Source of the DNA: Acutalibacteraceae bacterium | GTDB taxonomy: Bacteria > Bacillota > Clostridia > Oscillospirales > Acutalibacteraceae | Direction of reading: 5' to 3' | DNA length: 64,000 bases | Assembly: GCA_045534165.1 (NCBI GenBank) | Contig: JAZSJD010000032.1 | Span: 2,942-66,941 of the forward strand | In this document: piece by piece, positions 42,910 through 52,818 of the stretch | Numbering within the stretch: the stretch's first letter is position 1 | How the letters are laid out: each line of letters starts with the position of its first letter | Program-made: the position numbers and the translations under genes | Notes under the pieces: model-generated | Databases searched by the model: none | Seen by the model: only the letters and a program-made list of their open reading frames with translations | What the model was told of the DNA's origin: nothing

Positions 42910-43992
42910 TCACTGCTTTCTGAACATTCTGAATAAAGGTAAACAAGCCTTGAAAAAACCTTTGTAAGCCTGACAATAGTCACGGTCTTCACGGCTTCGT
43001 TTACACCCGCCTGCACGGCAGAGAGGGAAATAAGGGCATTTTTTGCAATCCTCAGGCACATCAAGACTTTCTTTTATAAAATCTTTTGCTTTCTTTGAAT
43101 TTGCCAATATTTCAAGGTCTGTTTTATTAATATTTCCGAGCAACCATTCATCTGTGCAATAAAAATCGCAAGGGTATATATTTCCGTTACCTTCGCAGAC
43201 AAACTGATGTGTGCAATGGCCACACATTCCGCATTGCTCTGCTCTGTCACCAAGATAAAGTCTGACAAAATTATCAAACTGTCTGATGCTTACATATTCT
43301 CCTCTTACAAAATCCTTAACATATGCATTGAATAAATGAATAAGAAAATATTCATAATCTTCATTTGTCATAAAAAGTTCTGACTCTTCCATGCTTCCGA
43401 AAGGACGTAAACAGGGGATAAACTGAAGATATTTAAAATCTTTTGATTTGAAATAAGAATAAATCTTGTCGATTCTTCTTGCATTAACACCTGTCACAAC
43501 AGAAAGAATATTAAACTCAGTCTTTGCATTTTTAAGGATGTTGGTTGCATCTATTGTCTGGAAAAATCTGCTCTGACCGGTTGAGTCAACACGGAATTTG
43601 TTGGCTTCTCTGTCACCATCAAGACTTAATCCTATAAGAAACTGATTTTTCGTAAAAAATTCTGCCCACTCTTTTGTGATAAGCAAACCGTTAGTCTGTA
43701 AAGAATAAAAGATTTCAGAATTTTTTATATTATATTTTTTAACAAGTGAAACAAAATTTTCAAAATATTCCTTACCTGCAATAAGCGGTTCTCCACCCTG
43801 AAAAGCAAATGCAACAGAACAACCGTCTGCAAACTGTAAAGCTGATTTGATAAGGTTTTCAGCTGTTTCAGTTTTCATAATGCCCAGGTTTTGTTCTTCT
43901 CTGTTGTGTGCAACATCGTGATAAAAACAATATCTGCAATCAAGGTTACAAAGGCTCGAGGCAGGTTTTATCATTATTGAAAGAGGTGGCAT
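42910..43992 (-). CDS. anaerobic sulfatase-maturating enzyme (radical SAM with SPASM domain)
   Basis: IKPASSLCNLDCRYCFY CxxxCxxC motif and C-terminal Cys-rich SPASM clusters (CGMCGHCTHQFVCEGNG..YPCDFYC, CKKCPYFPLCRAGGC). The start overlaps the sulfatase stop. Confidence 0.85.
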   Translation of the reverse strand: MPPLSIMIKPASSLCNLDCRYCFYHDVAHNREEQNLGIMKTETAENLIKSALQFADGCSVAFAFQGGEPLIAGKEYFENFVSLVKKYNIKNSEIFYSLQTNGLLITKEWAEFFTKNQFLIGLSLDGDREANKFRVDSTGQSRFFQTIDATNILKNAKTEFNILSVVTGVNARRIDKIYSYFKSKDFKYLQFIPCLRPFGSMEESELFMTNEDYEYFLIHLFNAYVKDFVRGEYVSIRQFDNFVRLYLGDRAEQCGMCGHCTHQFVCEGNGNIYPCDFYCTDEWLLGNINKTDLEILANSKKAKDFIKESLDVPEDCKKCPYFPLCRAGGCKRSREDRDYCQAYKGFFKACLPLFRMFRKQ

Positions 43993-45980
43993 TATTTAAT
44001 ACCTCGTCTGTTTTCTTTGAAAGCAGAAGTGATTTCATTCATTCTGTTGTTCATTTCTTCTGCAATTGTGGGATAAACGTTAGTTCTGTTATAGTTTTCA
44101 CCGCTGTCGTCTGTAAGAATATGGAGCCAGTTTTTACGGTATTTGTCAAAAAAAGCGGAGTTATCATTCTGAACATTCTGGAAATACTTGAACTGAACAT
44201 ATTGGTTATCTTTAAGAACGCTGAAATCATTGTATTCAGGGTAATCTTCAAGAACATCTTTCGTGTCAACAGCATATTGGATAGCCTTGAGCTTTTCGCG
44301 CTTCATATGAAGAATGGGATTTTCTTCTGTATGTACGGGAGTACCATTCTTGAATATCGGAAGCATAGATGTACCGTCAATAATTCTGTCAGTGGGAAGA
44401 TAATTTTCTTGTCCGTTACCTGTAATTGAACACATTTCAATAAGTGTGGGGAACAAATCCACAAGTGTTGCAGGCTCATCATAGCTTGAACCTTTTTCAA
44501 AAAGGTTACCGTTATCCCAACGGATAAGGAAAGGTACTTTCTGACCACCGTCATAAGAAAGGTATTTGCCGCCCCTGAGTTCATTCACAGAACCCTGAAG
44601 TGCAGGACCATTGTCGCTTGTGAAAATAATAATTGTATTATCAAGTTCTCCCAATTCTTCAAGAGTAGAGAAAAGTTCACCTAAATAATAGTCAAATTCT
44701 GTCACACAGTCAACATATGTACCCATACCTGTTTTACCGTCAAATTCATCGCCAACAAATAAAGGTGCGTGAGGCCAGGGGGAAGCATAATAAGCAAAGA
44801 AAGGTTCGTCAGAATTTGTAACTGTATCTGTAATCCAATCAGTAATTTCTTCATGGATAAGCTGTGTAGCATCTTTCTGGTCTTTAAGTTCATCTGTTCC
44901 GTGAACAATTTCCCATTCGCCATTTTCTTCAGTCACGTGGTAGAAAGGAGTCATATCGTTAACATGGTGGCTGCCATAGAAATAATCAAAGCCTTGGTTT
45001 GTGGGGAGATATTCACCATAATCGCCTAAGTGCCATTTGCCGAAAGCACCGGTTTTATATCCTGATTCTTTTAATACTTCTGCAATTGTGATTTCATCGC
45101 CTAACATACCGTCAACATTTGCACCCATTTCAATTGAGTTGAAAAGACGTGTTGAGGCAAAAGGTGAAATTGTATTTACAGTGGGATAAATTACGTTGTC
45201 TGCATGACCTCTGTAAGGATATCTGCCTGTAAGAGCAGCAAAGCGGGCAGGGGAACAAACAGAATAGCTTGAATAGAAGTTGGTAAGCTCTGCACCTTCT
45301 TCGCCGATTGAATCAATGTTTGGTGTATCGTAAATTGCACCGTTGAGAGATATATCACCATAACCCAGGTCATCCATAAGAACAAAAAGAACATTAGGTG
45401 AATTTTCTTTGTTTTTGTTCTTTTCAACACCCTTTAAGTAATCGTCGTGACCTTTCCAGAGTCTTTCTGTGTTGGGAACAGAACGTAAATTCATTGTAAG
45501 CAGAAAAACAACTGAAAGACCAACAAGGAGAAAACCTGAAATGTATGATAAAATTTTCTTTGCATTTTTTACACAGAAGAAAAGCAGAATTCCTATCAGA
45601 ATAACAGGCAGAGCAAGGAGAATATTACCGCCTAACCTTGTGAGGAAATTACCATCACTTGTTAAAAGTTTGTTAGCTTCTGAGGAAAAACCTGCAAGAC
45701 CTGATGTGAAAGCACCGAAACCCGCATCAGCACCCCAGATAACAAAATATGTAATAATTCCCAGTAGCGAAGCTGAATAACCGGCAAGGAAAGGAATGTA
45801 CAGCTTTTTGTTTTTAATAAGTCCTATAAAAATAATGAGTGCAGTTATCATCATATAAGCTGCATTTACAATTGCAACAAGGTTAAGTCTGAAAACCAAC
45901 AGAGCAATTGCAAGAATAATTCCTACAACACCTATTATTACAGGAAATTTTTTCATGCTCTTGTCAATCTGAAATTTCAT
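43992..45980 (-). CDS. Cys-type sulfatase with a polytopic N-terminal membrane domain
   Basis: About 170 aa with several hydrophobic helices, then LFVLMDDLGYGDIS and the sulfatase signature SVCSPARFAALTGRYP (C-x-P-x-R). Confidence 0.85.
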   Translation of the reverse strand: MKFQIDKSMKKFPVIIGVVGIILAIALLVFRLNLVAIVNAAYMMITALIIFIGLIKNKKLYIPFLAGYSASLLGIITYFVIWGADAGFGAFTSGLAGFSSEANKLLTSDGNFLTRLGGNILLALPVILIGILLFFCVKNAKKILSYISGFLLVGLSVVFLLTMNLRSVPNTERLWKGHDDYLKGVEKNKNKENSPNVLFVLMDDLGYGDISLNGAIYDTPNIDSIGEEGAELTNFYSSYSVCSPARFAALTGRYPYRGHADNVIYPTVNTISPFASTRLFNSIEMGANVDGMLGDEITIAEVLKESGYKTGAFGKWHLGDYGEYLPTNQGFDYFYGSHHVNDMTPFYHVTEENGEWEIVHGTDELKDQKDATQLIHEEITDWITDTVTNSDEPFFAYYASPWPHAPLFVGDEFDGKTGMGTYVDCVTEFDYYLGELFSTLEELGELDNTIIIFTSDNGPALQGSVNELRGGKYLSYDGGQKVPFLIRWDNGNLFEKGSSYDEPATLVDLFPTLIEMCSITGNGQENYLPTDRIIDGTSMLPIFKNGTPVHTEENPILHMKREKLKAIQYAVDTKDVLEDYPEYNDFSVLKDNQYVQFKYFQNVQNDNSAFFDKYRKNWLHILTDDSGENYNRTNVYPTIAEEMNNRMNEITSAFKENRRGIK

Positions 45981-46654
45981 AATTTCATCTCCTTAAGAAA
46001 ATTTTTATCATTATCTGAAATTCTTTTGCTTTCAATACATTTCTGTATAGTTTTGTTGTGTGTCCAAAAATCAAGCCTGTTTTCTGTTATGTAAGGTAAA
46101 GTGGCTTCTTTCTGCTTTGCCATAGCAGTTGCAAAAAACCATGCTCTGCCCATATTAACGTAATATTCATCACTGTTTATTTCTGCAACAAGAAAAAGTA
46201 CTTCTTCGCTGAATTTTTCATCAAGGAAAAACTTCATCAGCATATTGATTCCGAAACGGATTGTATATGTATGGTCAGATTTAAGCCACACTCTGATTTT
46301 TTCATACAAAGCGGGCAAATCTTTTTTGAAAATTTTAGGGCTTATTGTGTCACAGGTTGCCCAGTTATCAATGAAAGGCAAAAATCTTTCTGTCAGGGAA
46401 ATTGCCTCTTCAAAGTTATCAATATATTCAAGCAAATACCCGTGAAGATTATTTTCTTCAAAATAATAGTGGGGAAGTTCATTTAAAAATTCTTCCTTGA
46501 AAGGGTCATTTTTTAGTTGTTTTGCAATAAGTCTTATCTGGGGAATTCTTATTCCGATCTGTTTTTCAAGGGGAATATCGGGTATTAATTTAGAGTTGAA
46601 TTCCTTATATTTTTTGTCCTCTTTCTCGAAAAGTATTTTTTGTATAAATTCCAT
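45977..46654 (-). CDS. DNA alkylation repair protein (AlkD-like HEAT-repeat family)
   Basis: Size and motifs (KYKEFNSKLIP...IGIRIPQIRLIAKQL, WATCD) are typical of the family. 4-nt overlap with the sulfatase gene start. Confidence 0.7.
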   Translation of the reverse strand: MEFIQKILFEKEDKKYKEFNSKLIPDIPLEKQIGIRIPQIRLIAKQLKNDPFKEEFLNELPHYYFEENNLHGYLLEYIDNFEEAISLTERFLPFIDNWATCDTISPKIFKKDLPALYEKIRVWLKSDHTYTIRFGINMLMKFFLDEKFSEEVLFLVAEINSDEYYVNMGRAWFFATAMAKQKEATLPYITENRLDFWTHNKTIQKCIESKRISDNDKNFLKEMKL

Positions 46655-46735
46655 AAAAAAGCTCCTGAATTTTTTTGCAAAAACACTTGATATTTTGTGC
46701 CGTGTCTGTTATAATACAGATGTTGGTGTAACGCT

Positions 46736-47557
46736 TTAAAGGTTTAAAGCGAGCAAGTGCTCAGCATTGAGATGAAAAATCTTATTTCGGTTTTCTTCTG
46801 ATATGGGAAGTCTGTTTAATGTGTCAACAAAATTCTTTTGCTCTCCCCAGGGAGAATCGCTTGCAAAAAGGATTTTGTCAAAACCATGTTTTTCAAACAT
46901 TTTAACTAAAAAATCAGGCTCAATTTTGTTCAGTACATAGCTTGTGTCAAGCCAAACATTTTTTGAACAAAGTTTTTCATAACTTTCTTCGGCACCATGG
47001 TGACCGCCTAAATGAGCAAGAATAATTTTGTTGTTTTCTTCAGCATCAATTTTTTCTAACATATCAAGGGCTCTGTCAATGGAGCAGTGGAGATTATCGG
47101 GAGAAAGCGCATCATAACCGCAGTGAATAACAGTAATAAGACCGATTTCTTCTGCGTGACGGATAATTCTTAAATATTTTTCATCGTTTATATATGTGTT
47201 CTGATAATCAGGATGCAGTTTGATACCTTTAAGTCCCAGAGATTTTATATAATCAAGTTTTTCTTCAGGGCTATCATTATCAGGGTGAATACCGCCGAAA
47301 GCAATTATTCCGTTTTTGAAATTCAGTTCAGCAGAAAAACGATTTATGCTTTCAAACTGTTTAGGGTTAGTAACGACAGGCAGAATAACGCTGTAATCAA
47401 TTCCCGCTTCATTCATTGAAGCTTTAAGCGAAGCAAGAGTACCGTTTGTGTATGCAGCACATTCTTCATTCTGCTCACAAAGGTAAGTTTTCAGTTTTTC
47501 AACAGTTGCTTCTGCTATCTTATCAGGGAATATATGTGTGTGAAAATCAATTATCAT
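46736..47557 (-). CDS. metal-dependent amidohydrolase-fold (TIM barrel) hydrolase
   Basis: MIIDFHTHIFPDKIA N-terminus (HxH metal motif), ILAHLGG and SDSPW blocks. The start was moved to the Met at 47557. Confidence 0.7.
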   Translation of the reverse strand: MIIDFHTHIFPDKIAEATVEKLKTYLCEQNEECAAYTNGTLASLKASMNEAGIDYSVILPVVTNPKQFESINRFSAELNFKNGIIAFGGIHPDNDSPEEKLDYIKSLGLKGIKLHPDYQNTYINDEKYLRIIRHAEEIGLITVIHCGYDALSPDNLHCSIDRALDMLEKIDAEENNKIILAHLGGHHGAEESYEKLCSKNVWLDTSYVLNKIEPDFLVKMFEKHGFDKILFASDSPWGEQKNFVDTLNRLPISEENRNKIFHLNAEHLLALNL

Positions 47558-47641
47558 TTTAATGTTCCTTTTTAGTTTTCTACAATGTTTAATTTTACAT
47601 TGTTTTACGTAATAAGTCAAATAAAAGTTGGAGATGTGGAC

Positions 47642-49165
47642 ATGTTTATCAAAATTTCATTGCTTGCATTTTTTGTTGCAATCATGATTGGCGTGGGTTT
47701 CCTTTGCCGTCGCAAAGCAACAGATGTTAACGGTTTCGTTTTAGGAGGAAGAGGTGTAGGCCCCTGGCTTACTGCTTTCAGTTACGGAACGTCATATTTT
47801 TCAGCTGTTATCTTCATAGGATATGCAGGTCAGTTTGGTTGGAAATACGGTCTTGCAGCAACATGGATAGGTATAGGTAATGCTTTGATCGGTTCTCTTT
47901 TAGCCTGGAAATTCCTCGGCAGAAGAACAAGAGTAATGACACAACACCTGTCAAGCAAAACAATGCCTGAATTTTTCGGCAAACGTTTTGAAAGCAAGCC
48001 TCTTAAAATTATAGCATCAATGCTTGTTTTTATTTTCCTTGTTCCTTATACTGCATCTCTTTTTAATGGCTTATCAAGGCTTTTTGAAATGGCATTTAAT
48101 ATACCCTATACATATTGCGTTATAGCAATGGCTGTTCTTTGCGGTATTTATGTTGTAGTAGGCGGATATATGGCAACAGCTATCAACGATTTAATTCAGG
48201 GTATTATTATGTTGGTAGGAATTGAGGCAGTTGTTGTTGCGGTTTTGAAAACTCAGGGTGGTTTTACAGAAGCAGTCAGTGCACTTTCATTAATTCCCAC
48301 AGACGGTACAACACAAACAGGTGAGTATGCTTCAATCTTAGGTCCTGATTGGTTTAATCTTCTTGGTGTTGTTCTTCTTACATCTCTCGGCACTTGGGGA
48401 CTTCCTCAGATGATCGGCAAATTCTATGCTATCAGAGATGAAAAATCAATCAAAACGGGTACAATTGTTTCAACAATTTTTGCTCTTGTAGTTGCAGGCG
48501 GTTGTTATTTCCTTGGTGGATTCGGCAGATTGTTCGGCGACAGAGTTGAATATACAGCAGACGGTTCAATAATTTACGACAGTATTGTTCCCGGAATGCT
48601 CCGTGGTTTATCAGATGTTCTTATAGCTATTGTTGTAATACTTGTTCTCTCTGCATCAATGTCAACATTGTCTTCACTTGTTTTAACATCAAGTTCAACA
48701 ATAACCCTTGATTTTATTGCTCCTCTTCGCAAAAAAGACTTGCAAGAAAAGTCAAAATTGTCTATAATGAGAGTGTTCGTAGTATTCTTTATTATTGTTT
48801 CAGCAACAATTGCAATTATACAGGCAAAATCCTCAGTAACATTTATAGCACAGCTTATGGGAATTTCCTGGGGCGCACTTGCAGGTGCATTTTTAGCACC
48901 ATTCCTTCTTTCTCTCTATTGGAAGAAAGTAACGAAAGTGGCAGTTCTTGTAAACTTCATTACAGGTGCAGGCATTATGGTTCTTAATATGGTTGCAAAA
49001 GATATTTTCCCTGAAATTCTCAAATCACCCCTTAATGCAGGTGTGTTCGCTATGCTTTTAGGCTTTGTTGTAGTTCCTGTTGTCAGCCTTATGACACAGA
49101 AATCACTTGATAGCAAAAAGACAGATAAAATGTTTGAATGTTTTAAAAAAAGTAAAAAAATATGA
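47642..49165 (+). CDS. sodium:solute symporter (SSS) family transporter
   Basis: About 13 hydrophobic segments and SSS-like blocks (GGRGVGPWLTAFSYGTSYFSA, GLPQMIGKFYA). GGAG RBS before ATG 47642. Confidence 0.8.
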   Translation: MFIKISLLAFFVAIMIGVGFLCRRKATDVNGFVLGGRGVGPWLTAFSYGTSYFSAVIFIGYAGQFGWKYGLAATWIGIGNALIGSLLAWKFLGRRTRVMTQHLSSKTMPEFFGKRFESKPLKIIASMLVFIFLVPYTASLFNGLSRLFEMAFNIPYTYCVIAMAVLCGIYVVVGGYMATAINDLIQGIIMLVGIEAVVVAVLKTQGGFTEAVSALSLIPTDGTTQTGEYASILGPDWFNLLGVVLLTSLGTWGLPQMIGKFYAIRDEKSIKTGTIVSTIFALVVAGGCYFLGGFGRLFGDRVEYTADGSIIYDSIVPGMLRGLSDVLIAIVVILVLSASMSTLSSLVLTSSSTITLDFIAPLRKKDLQEKSKLSIMRVFVVFFIIVSATIAIIQAKSSVTFIAQLMGISWGALAGAFLAPFLLSLYWKKVTKVAVLVNFITGAGIMVLNMVAKDIFPEILKSPLNAGVFAMLLGFVVVPVVSLMTQKSLDSKKTDKMFECFKKSKKI

Positions 49166-49178
49166 GGGATAAACAGAA

Positions 49179-50492
49179 ATGAAAAGTAATTTTTTTCAGA
49201 AAGACATTGAAACAATGTCACGAAAACAAATTGAAGAACTTCAGCTTGAAAGACTTAAATGGATAGTTGATTACAGTATCAGAAACGTTCCTTTCTATGC
49301 TGAAAGATTATCAAAAGCAGGTGTGACTGCCGAAAAAATCAAAAGTCTTTCCGATATTCAGTACATACCTTTCACCACAAAGGATGATATAAGAGATAAC
49401 TATCCTTTTGGTCTTTTCGGTGCGAAGATGAAAGATATTGTACGTATCCACGCATCAAGCGGAACAACAGGCAAACCTACTGTTGTTGGCTACACTAAAA
49501 ACGATATCAATAACTGGAGCGACTGTGTTGCACGTCTTTCTGCAGCAGTTGGTGTAACAGATGAAGACGTTGCCCAGATTTCATTTGGTTACGGTCTTTT
49601 CACAGGTGCGTTGGGTCTGCACTACGGTCTTGAAAAATTAGGTTGTGCAGTTATTCCTGTATCAAGCGGTAACACAGAAAAGCAGGCAATGCTTCTTAAA
49701 GATTTCGGTACAACAGTTTTAATCAGTACACCTTCTTATGCTATGTATATGAGCGAAGTTGCTCACGATATGGGCATTACAAATGATGAACTTAAACTCC
49801 GTATCGGTCTTTTCGGTTCAGAAGGATGCACAATGGAACTTCGTGATAAAATCGAAAAAGGTTTCGGTCTTTTCTCAACAGATAACTATGGTATGAGCGA
49901 ACTTATGGGTCCGGGTGTATCAGGTGAATGCGTTGAACGTGACGGACTTCATTTTGCAGAAGACCATTTCCTTCCTGAAATCATCAATAGTGAAACAGGT
50001 AAAAAATTAGGCGCAGGCGAAGAAGGCGAGCTTGTTGTTACAACTCTTACCAAAGAGGGTATTCCCATGCTTCGTTACAGAACAAAGGATATCACAAAGC
50101 TTAATTACGATACTTGTAAATGTGGCAGAACTCACTGCCGTATGGATAAAGTCGGTGGCAGAGCAGACGATATGCTCAAAATCCGTGGCGTTAATGTTTT
50201 CCCGTCACAGATTGAAAGTATTCTTGCACAGATTGAGGGTATTTCACCCCACTATGAACTTGTTCTTACAAGAAAGAACTATACAGACTATCTTGAAGTA
50301 AGAATTGAAATTAATGATGCTTCACTGCTTGAAAATTACGGTAAACTTGAAGAACTGAGAAACTCTGCTGTTGCAAAGCTTAAAACAGTTCTTGGTATCA
50401 GTGCAAAAGTATCTCTTGTTGCTCCTCGTTCACTTAAAAGATACGAGGGTAAAGCAAGAAGAATTGTTGATAAGAGAAATGAGGTAGAATAA
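49179..50492 (+). CDS. paaK: phenylacetate-CoA ligase family adenylating enzyme
   Basis: IHASSGTTGKPTVVGYT P-loop, YGMSE, and the C-terminal RADDMLKIRGVNVFPSQIE block typical of PaaK. Confidence 0.82.
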   Translation: MKSNFFQKDIETMSRKQIEELQLERLKWIVDYSIRNVPFYAERLSKAGVTAEKIKSLSDIQYIPFTTKDDIRDNYPFGLFGAKMKDIVRIHASSGTTGKPTVVGYTKNDINNWSDCVARLSAAVGVTDEDVAQISFGYGLFTGALGLHYGLEKLGCAVIPVSSGNTEKQAMLLKDFGTTVLISTPSYAMYMSEVAHDMGITNDELKLRIGLFGSEGCTMELRDKIEKGFGLFSTDNYGMSELMGPGVSGECVERDGLHFAEDHFLPEIINSETGKKLGAGEEGELVVTTLTKEGIPMLRYRTKDITKLNYDTCKCGRTHCRMDKVGGRADDMLKIRGVNVFPSQIESILAQIEGISPHYELVLTRKNYTDYLEVRIEINDASLLENYGKLEELRNSAVAKLKTVLGISAKVSLVAPRSLKRYEGKARRIVDKRNEVE

Positions 50493-52226
50493 TTGAAAGA
50501 GATAATGATAGGCAACGCTGCTGTTGCCAGAGGACTTTATGAAGCAGGTTGCGGTGTTGTTTCCAGCTATCCCGGAACACCCAGCACAGAAATAACAGAA
50601 TTTGCAAGTGAATATAACGAAATTTACTGCGAATGGGCACCTAACGAAAAAGTTGCAATGGAAGTTGCTTTCGGTGCTTGTCTTGGCGGTAAAAGAAGCG
50701 CTTGCGCAATGAAACACGTTGGTCTTAACGTTGCAGCAGACCCTCTTTTCACAATGTCTTACACAGGTGTAAACGGTGGTCTTGTTATCTGCGTTGCAGA
50801 TGACCCCGGTATGCATTCATCACAGAATGAGCAGGATTCACGTCACTATGCAATTGCAGCAAAAGTTCCCATGCTTGAACCTGCAGATTCATCTGAAAGC
50901 CTTATCTTTGTAAAAAAAGCTTTTGAACTTTCAGAAAAATACGATACTCCCGTAATTCTCAGAATGTGTACAAGAATTGCTCACTCACAGAGCATTGTTG
51001 AAACATCAGAAAGGGAAGAAATTCCTCAGAAAGAATACGAAAAAAATATCGGCAAATATGTTATGATGCCCGGTAATGCTAAAAAGCGTCATCCCTTTGT
51101 TGAAGAAAGAACAGAGCTTCTCCGTCAGGTTTCTGAAGGAGACGAATTCAACAGAGTTGAAATGGGCGGCACAGATTTAGGTATTATCACATCAGGTGCA
51201 TCTTATCAGTATGTAAAAGAAATTTTCGGCGATACTGTCAGCGTTCTAAAAATAGGTATGGTTCATCCGTTACCTATCAATAAAATCAAAGATTTTGCAA
51301 GCAAAGTCAAAAGATTGGTTGTTATTGAAGAACTTGACGGAATTATCGAAACACATTGCAAAAATAACGGTATTGATGTTGAAGGTAAAAACCTTTTCAC
51401 AAATATCGGTGAATATTCACAGAAAACAATTGCAGAAGTTTTCTCTCTTGAAAAGAAAGAAAGCGTTGCTCCCGATACAGCCCTTCCCATCCGTCCTCCT
51501 GTAATGTGTGCAGGTTGTCCTCACAGAGGTATGTTCTATACTCTTTCACAGAACAAGGTAACAGTAAGCGGTGATATCGGTTGCTACACATTGGGTGCAC
51601 AGCTTCCTTTAGGTGCAATTGATACAACTCTCTGTATGGGTGCATCAATTTCAGGTCTTCATGGTTTCAACAAAGCTATGGGTGAAAAAGGCGAGAAGAA
51701 ATCTGTTGCAGTTATCGGTGACTCAACATTTATGCATTCAGGTATGACAGGTCTTGTAAATATCGCTTATAATGCATCAAATTCAACTGTTATTATTCTT
51801 GATAACTCAATCACAGGTATGACAGGTCATCAGCAGAACCCCACAACAGGCTACACAATCAAGGGTGATCCTGCTTCAAAAATTGACCTTGAATCTTTCT
51901 GTCGTGCAATCGGAATTAACAGAGTAAGAGTTGTAGATCCGTACAATCTTCTTGAATGTGATAAAGTTCTTAAGGAAGAACTTGAAGCAGAAGAACCTTC
52001 TGTTATTATCTCAAGAAGACCCTGTGTTCTTCTTAAATATGTTAAACCCAAAAAGCCTGTTACAGTTGATGTTGATAAATGTAAAGGCTGTAAAAAATGT
52101 ATGAAACTCGGTTGCCCTGCAATCAGCATACATAACAAGAAAGCAGATATCGATGCAACACTTTGCGTAGGTTGTGGCGTTTGTGAACAACTTTGTGCAT
52201 TTGATGCAATAAAAGGGGAGGAGTGA
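50493..52226 (+). CDS. iorA: indolepyruvate:ferredoxin oxidoreductase alpha subunit
   Basis: GNAAVARGLYEAG..SSYPGTPSTEI N-terminus, GDIGCYTLG thiamine-PP block, and a C-terminal 2x[4Fe-4S] motif (CKGCKKCMKLGCP, CVGCGVCEQLC). Confidence 0.88.
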   Translation: MKEIMIGNAAVARGLYEAGCGVVSSYPGTPSTEITEFASEYNEIYCEWAPNEKVAMEVAFGACLGGKRSACAMKHVGLNVAADPLFTMSYTGVNGGLVICVADDPGMHSSQNEQDSRHYAIAAKVPMLEPADSSESLIFVKKAFELSEKYDTPVILRMCTRIAHSQSIVETSEREEIPQKEYEKNIGKYVMMPGNAKKRHPFVEERTELLRQVSEGDEFNRVEMGGTDLGIITSGASYQYVKEIFGDTVSVLKIGMVHPLPINKIKDFASKVKRLVVIEELDGIIETHCKNNGIDVEGKNLFTNIGEYSQKTIAEVFSLEKKESVAPDTALPIRPPVMCAGCPHRGMFYTLSQNKVTVSGDIGCYTLGAQLPLGAIDTTLCMGASISGLHGFNKAMGEKGEKKSVAVIGDSTFMHSGMTGLVNIAYNASNSTVIILDNSITGMTGHQQNPTTGYTIKGDPASKIDLESFCRAIGINRVRVVDPYNLLECDKVLKEELEAEEPSVIISRRPCVLLKYVKPKKPVTVDVDKCKGCKKCMKLGCPAISIHNKKADIDATLCVGCGVCEQLCAFDAIKGEE

Positions 52227-52231
52227 TTTAA

Positions 52232-52804
52232 ATGGAAACAAAAAGCATTATGATTGTCGGCGTAGGCGGTCAGGGTTCACTTCTCGCAAGTAAACTTTTA
52301 GGTAAAGTCCTTATGGATGAAGGTTACGATGTTAAAGTTTCAGAAGTTCACGGTATGAGCCAGAGAGGCGGTTCCGTTGTAACTTATGTAAGATTCAGTG
52401 ACAAAGTTTATTCACCTATCATCGAAGAAGGCGAAGCAGACTTTGTAATCTCATTTGAAAAACTTGAAGGTGCAAGATGGGCACATTGCCTTAAAAAAGG
52501 CGGAAAGCTTATTGTTAACACACAGCAGATTGACCCGATGCCTGTAATTACAGGTGCTGCAGTTTATCCTGAAAACATTCTTGATGAGCTTATAGCAAAA
52601 GGTCTTGATGTTGATGCAATTGATGCTCTTTCACTTGCAGAGGAAGCAGGTTCATCAAAAGCAGTAAACGTGGTATTAATGGGCAGACTCGCAAAATATT
52701 TCCACATTGACTATGCAAAATGGGAAGCAGCACTTGAAAAGTCAGTAAAACCAAAGTTTGTAGAACTTAATAAAAAGGCACTTAGCCTTGGCTATAATTT
52801 TTAA
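52232..52804 (+). CDS. iorB: indolepyruvate:ferredoxin oxidoreductase beta subunit
   Basis: IMIVGVGGQGSLLASKLLG...EVHGMSQRGGSV, typical of the IorB / 2-oxoacid oxidoreductase gamma-like domain. Confidence 0.85.
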   Translation: METKSIMIVGVGGQGSLLASKLLGKVLMDEGYDVKVSEVHGMSQRGGSVVTYVRFSDKVYSPIIEEGEADFVISFEKLEGARWAHCLKKGGKLIVNTQQIDPMPVITGAAVYPENILDELIAKGLDVDAIDALSLAEEAGSSKAVNVVLMGRLAKYFHIDYAKWEAALEKSVKPKFVELNKKALSLGYNF

Positions 52805-52818
52805 CTCTAAGGAAAGAG

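Noticed and set aside
42906-43064. The ORF-track N-terminal extension of the trmK ORF (to 43064), and similar long N-terminal extensions at 3043, 7239, 7954, 9112, 10291, 38175, 47620, 47585, 59444 and 62368.
   Set aside because: The extensions overlap upstream genes, promoters or terminators and lack an RBS. Internal starts with an RBS match the family N-termini.
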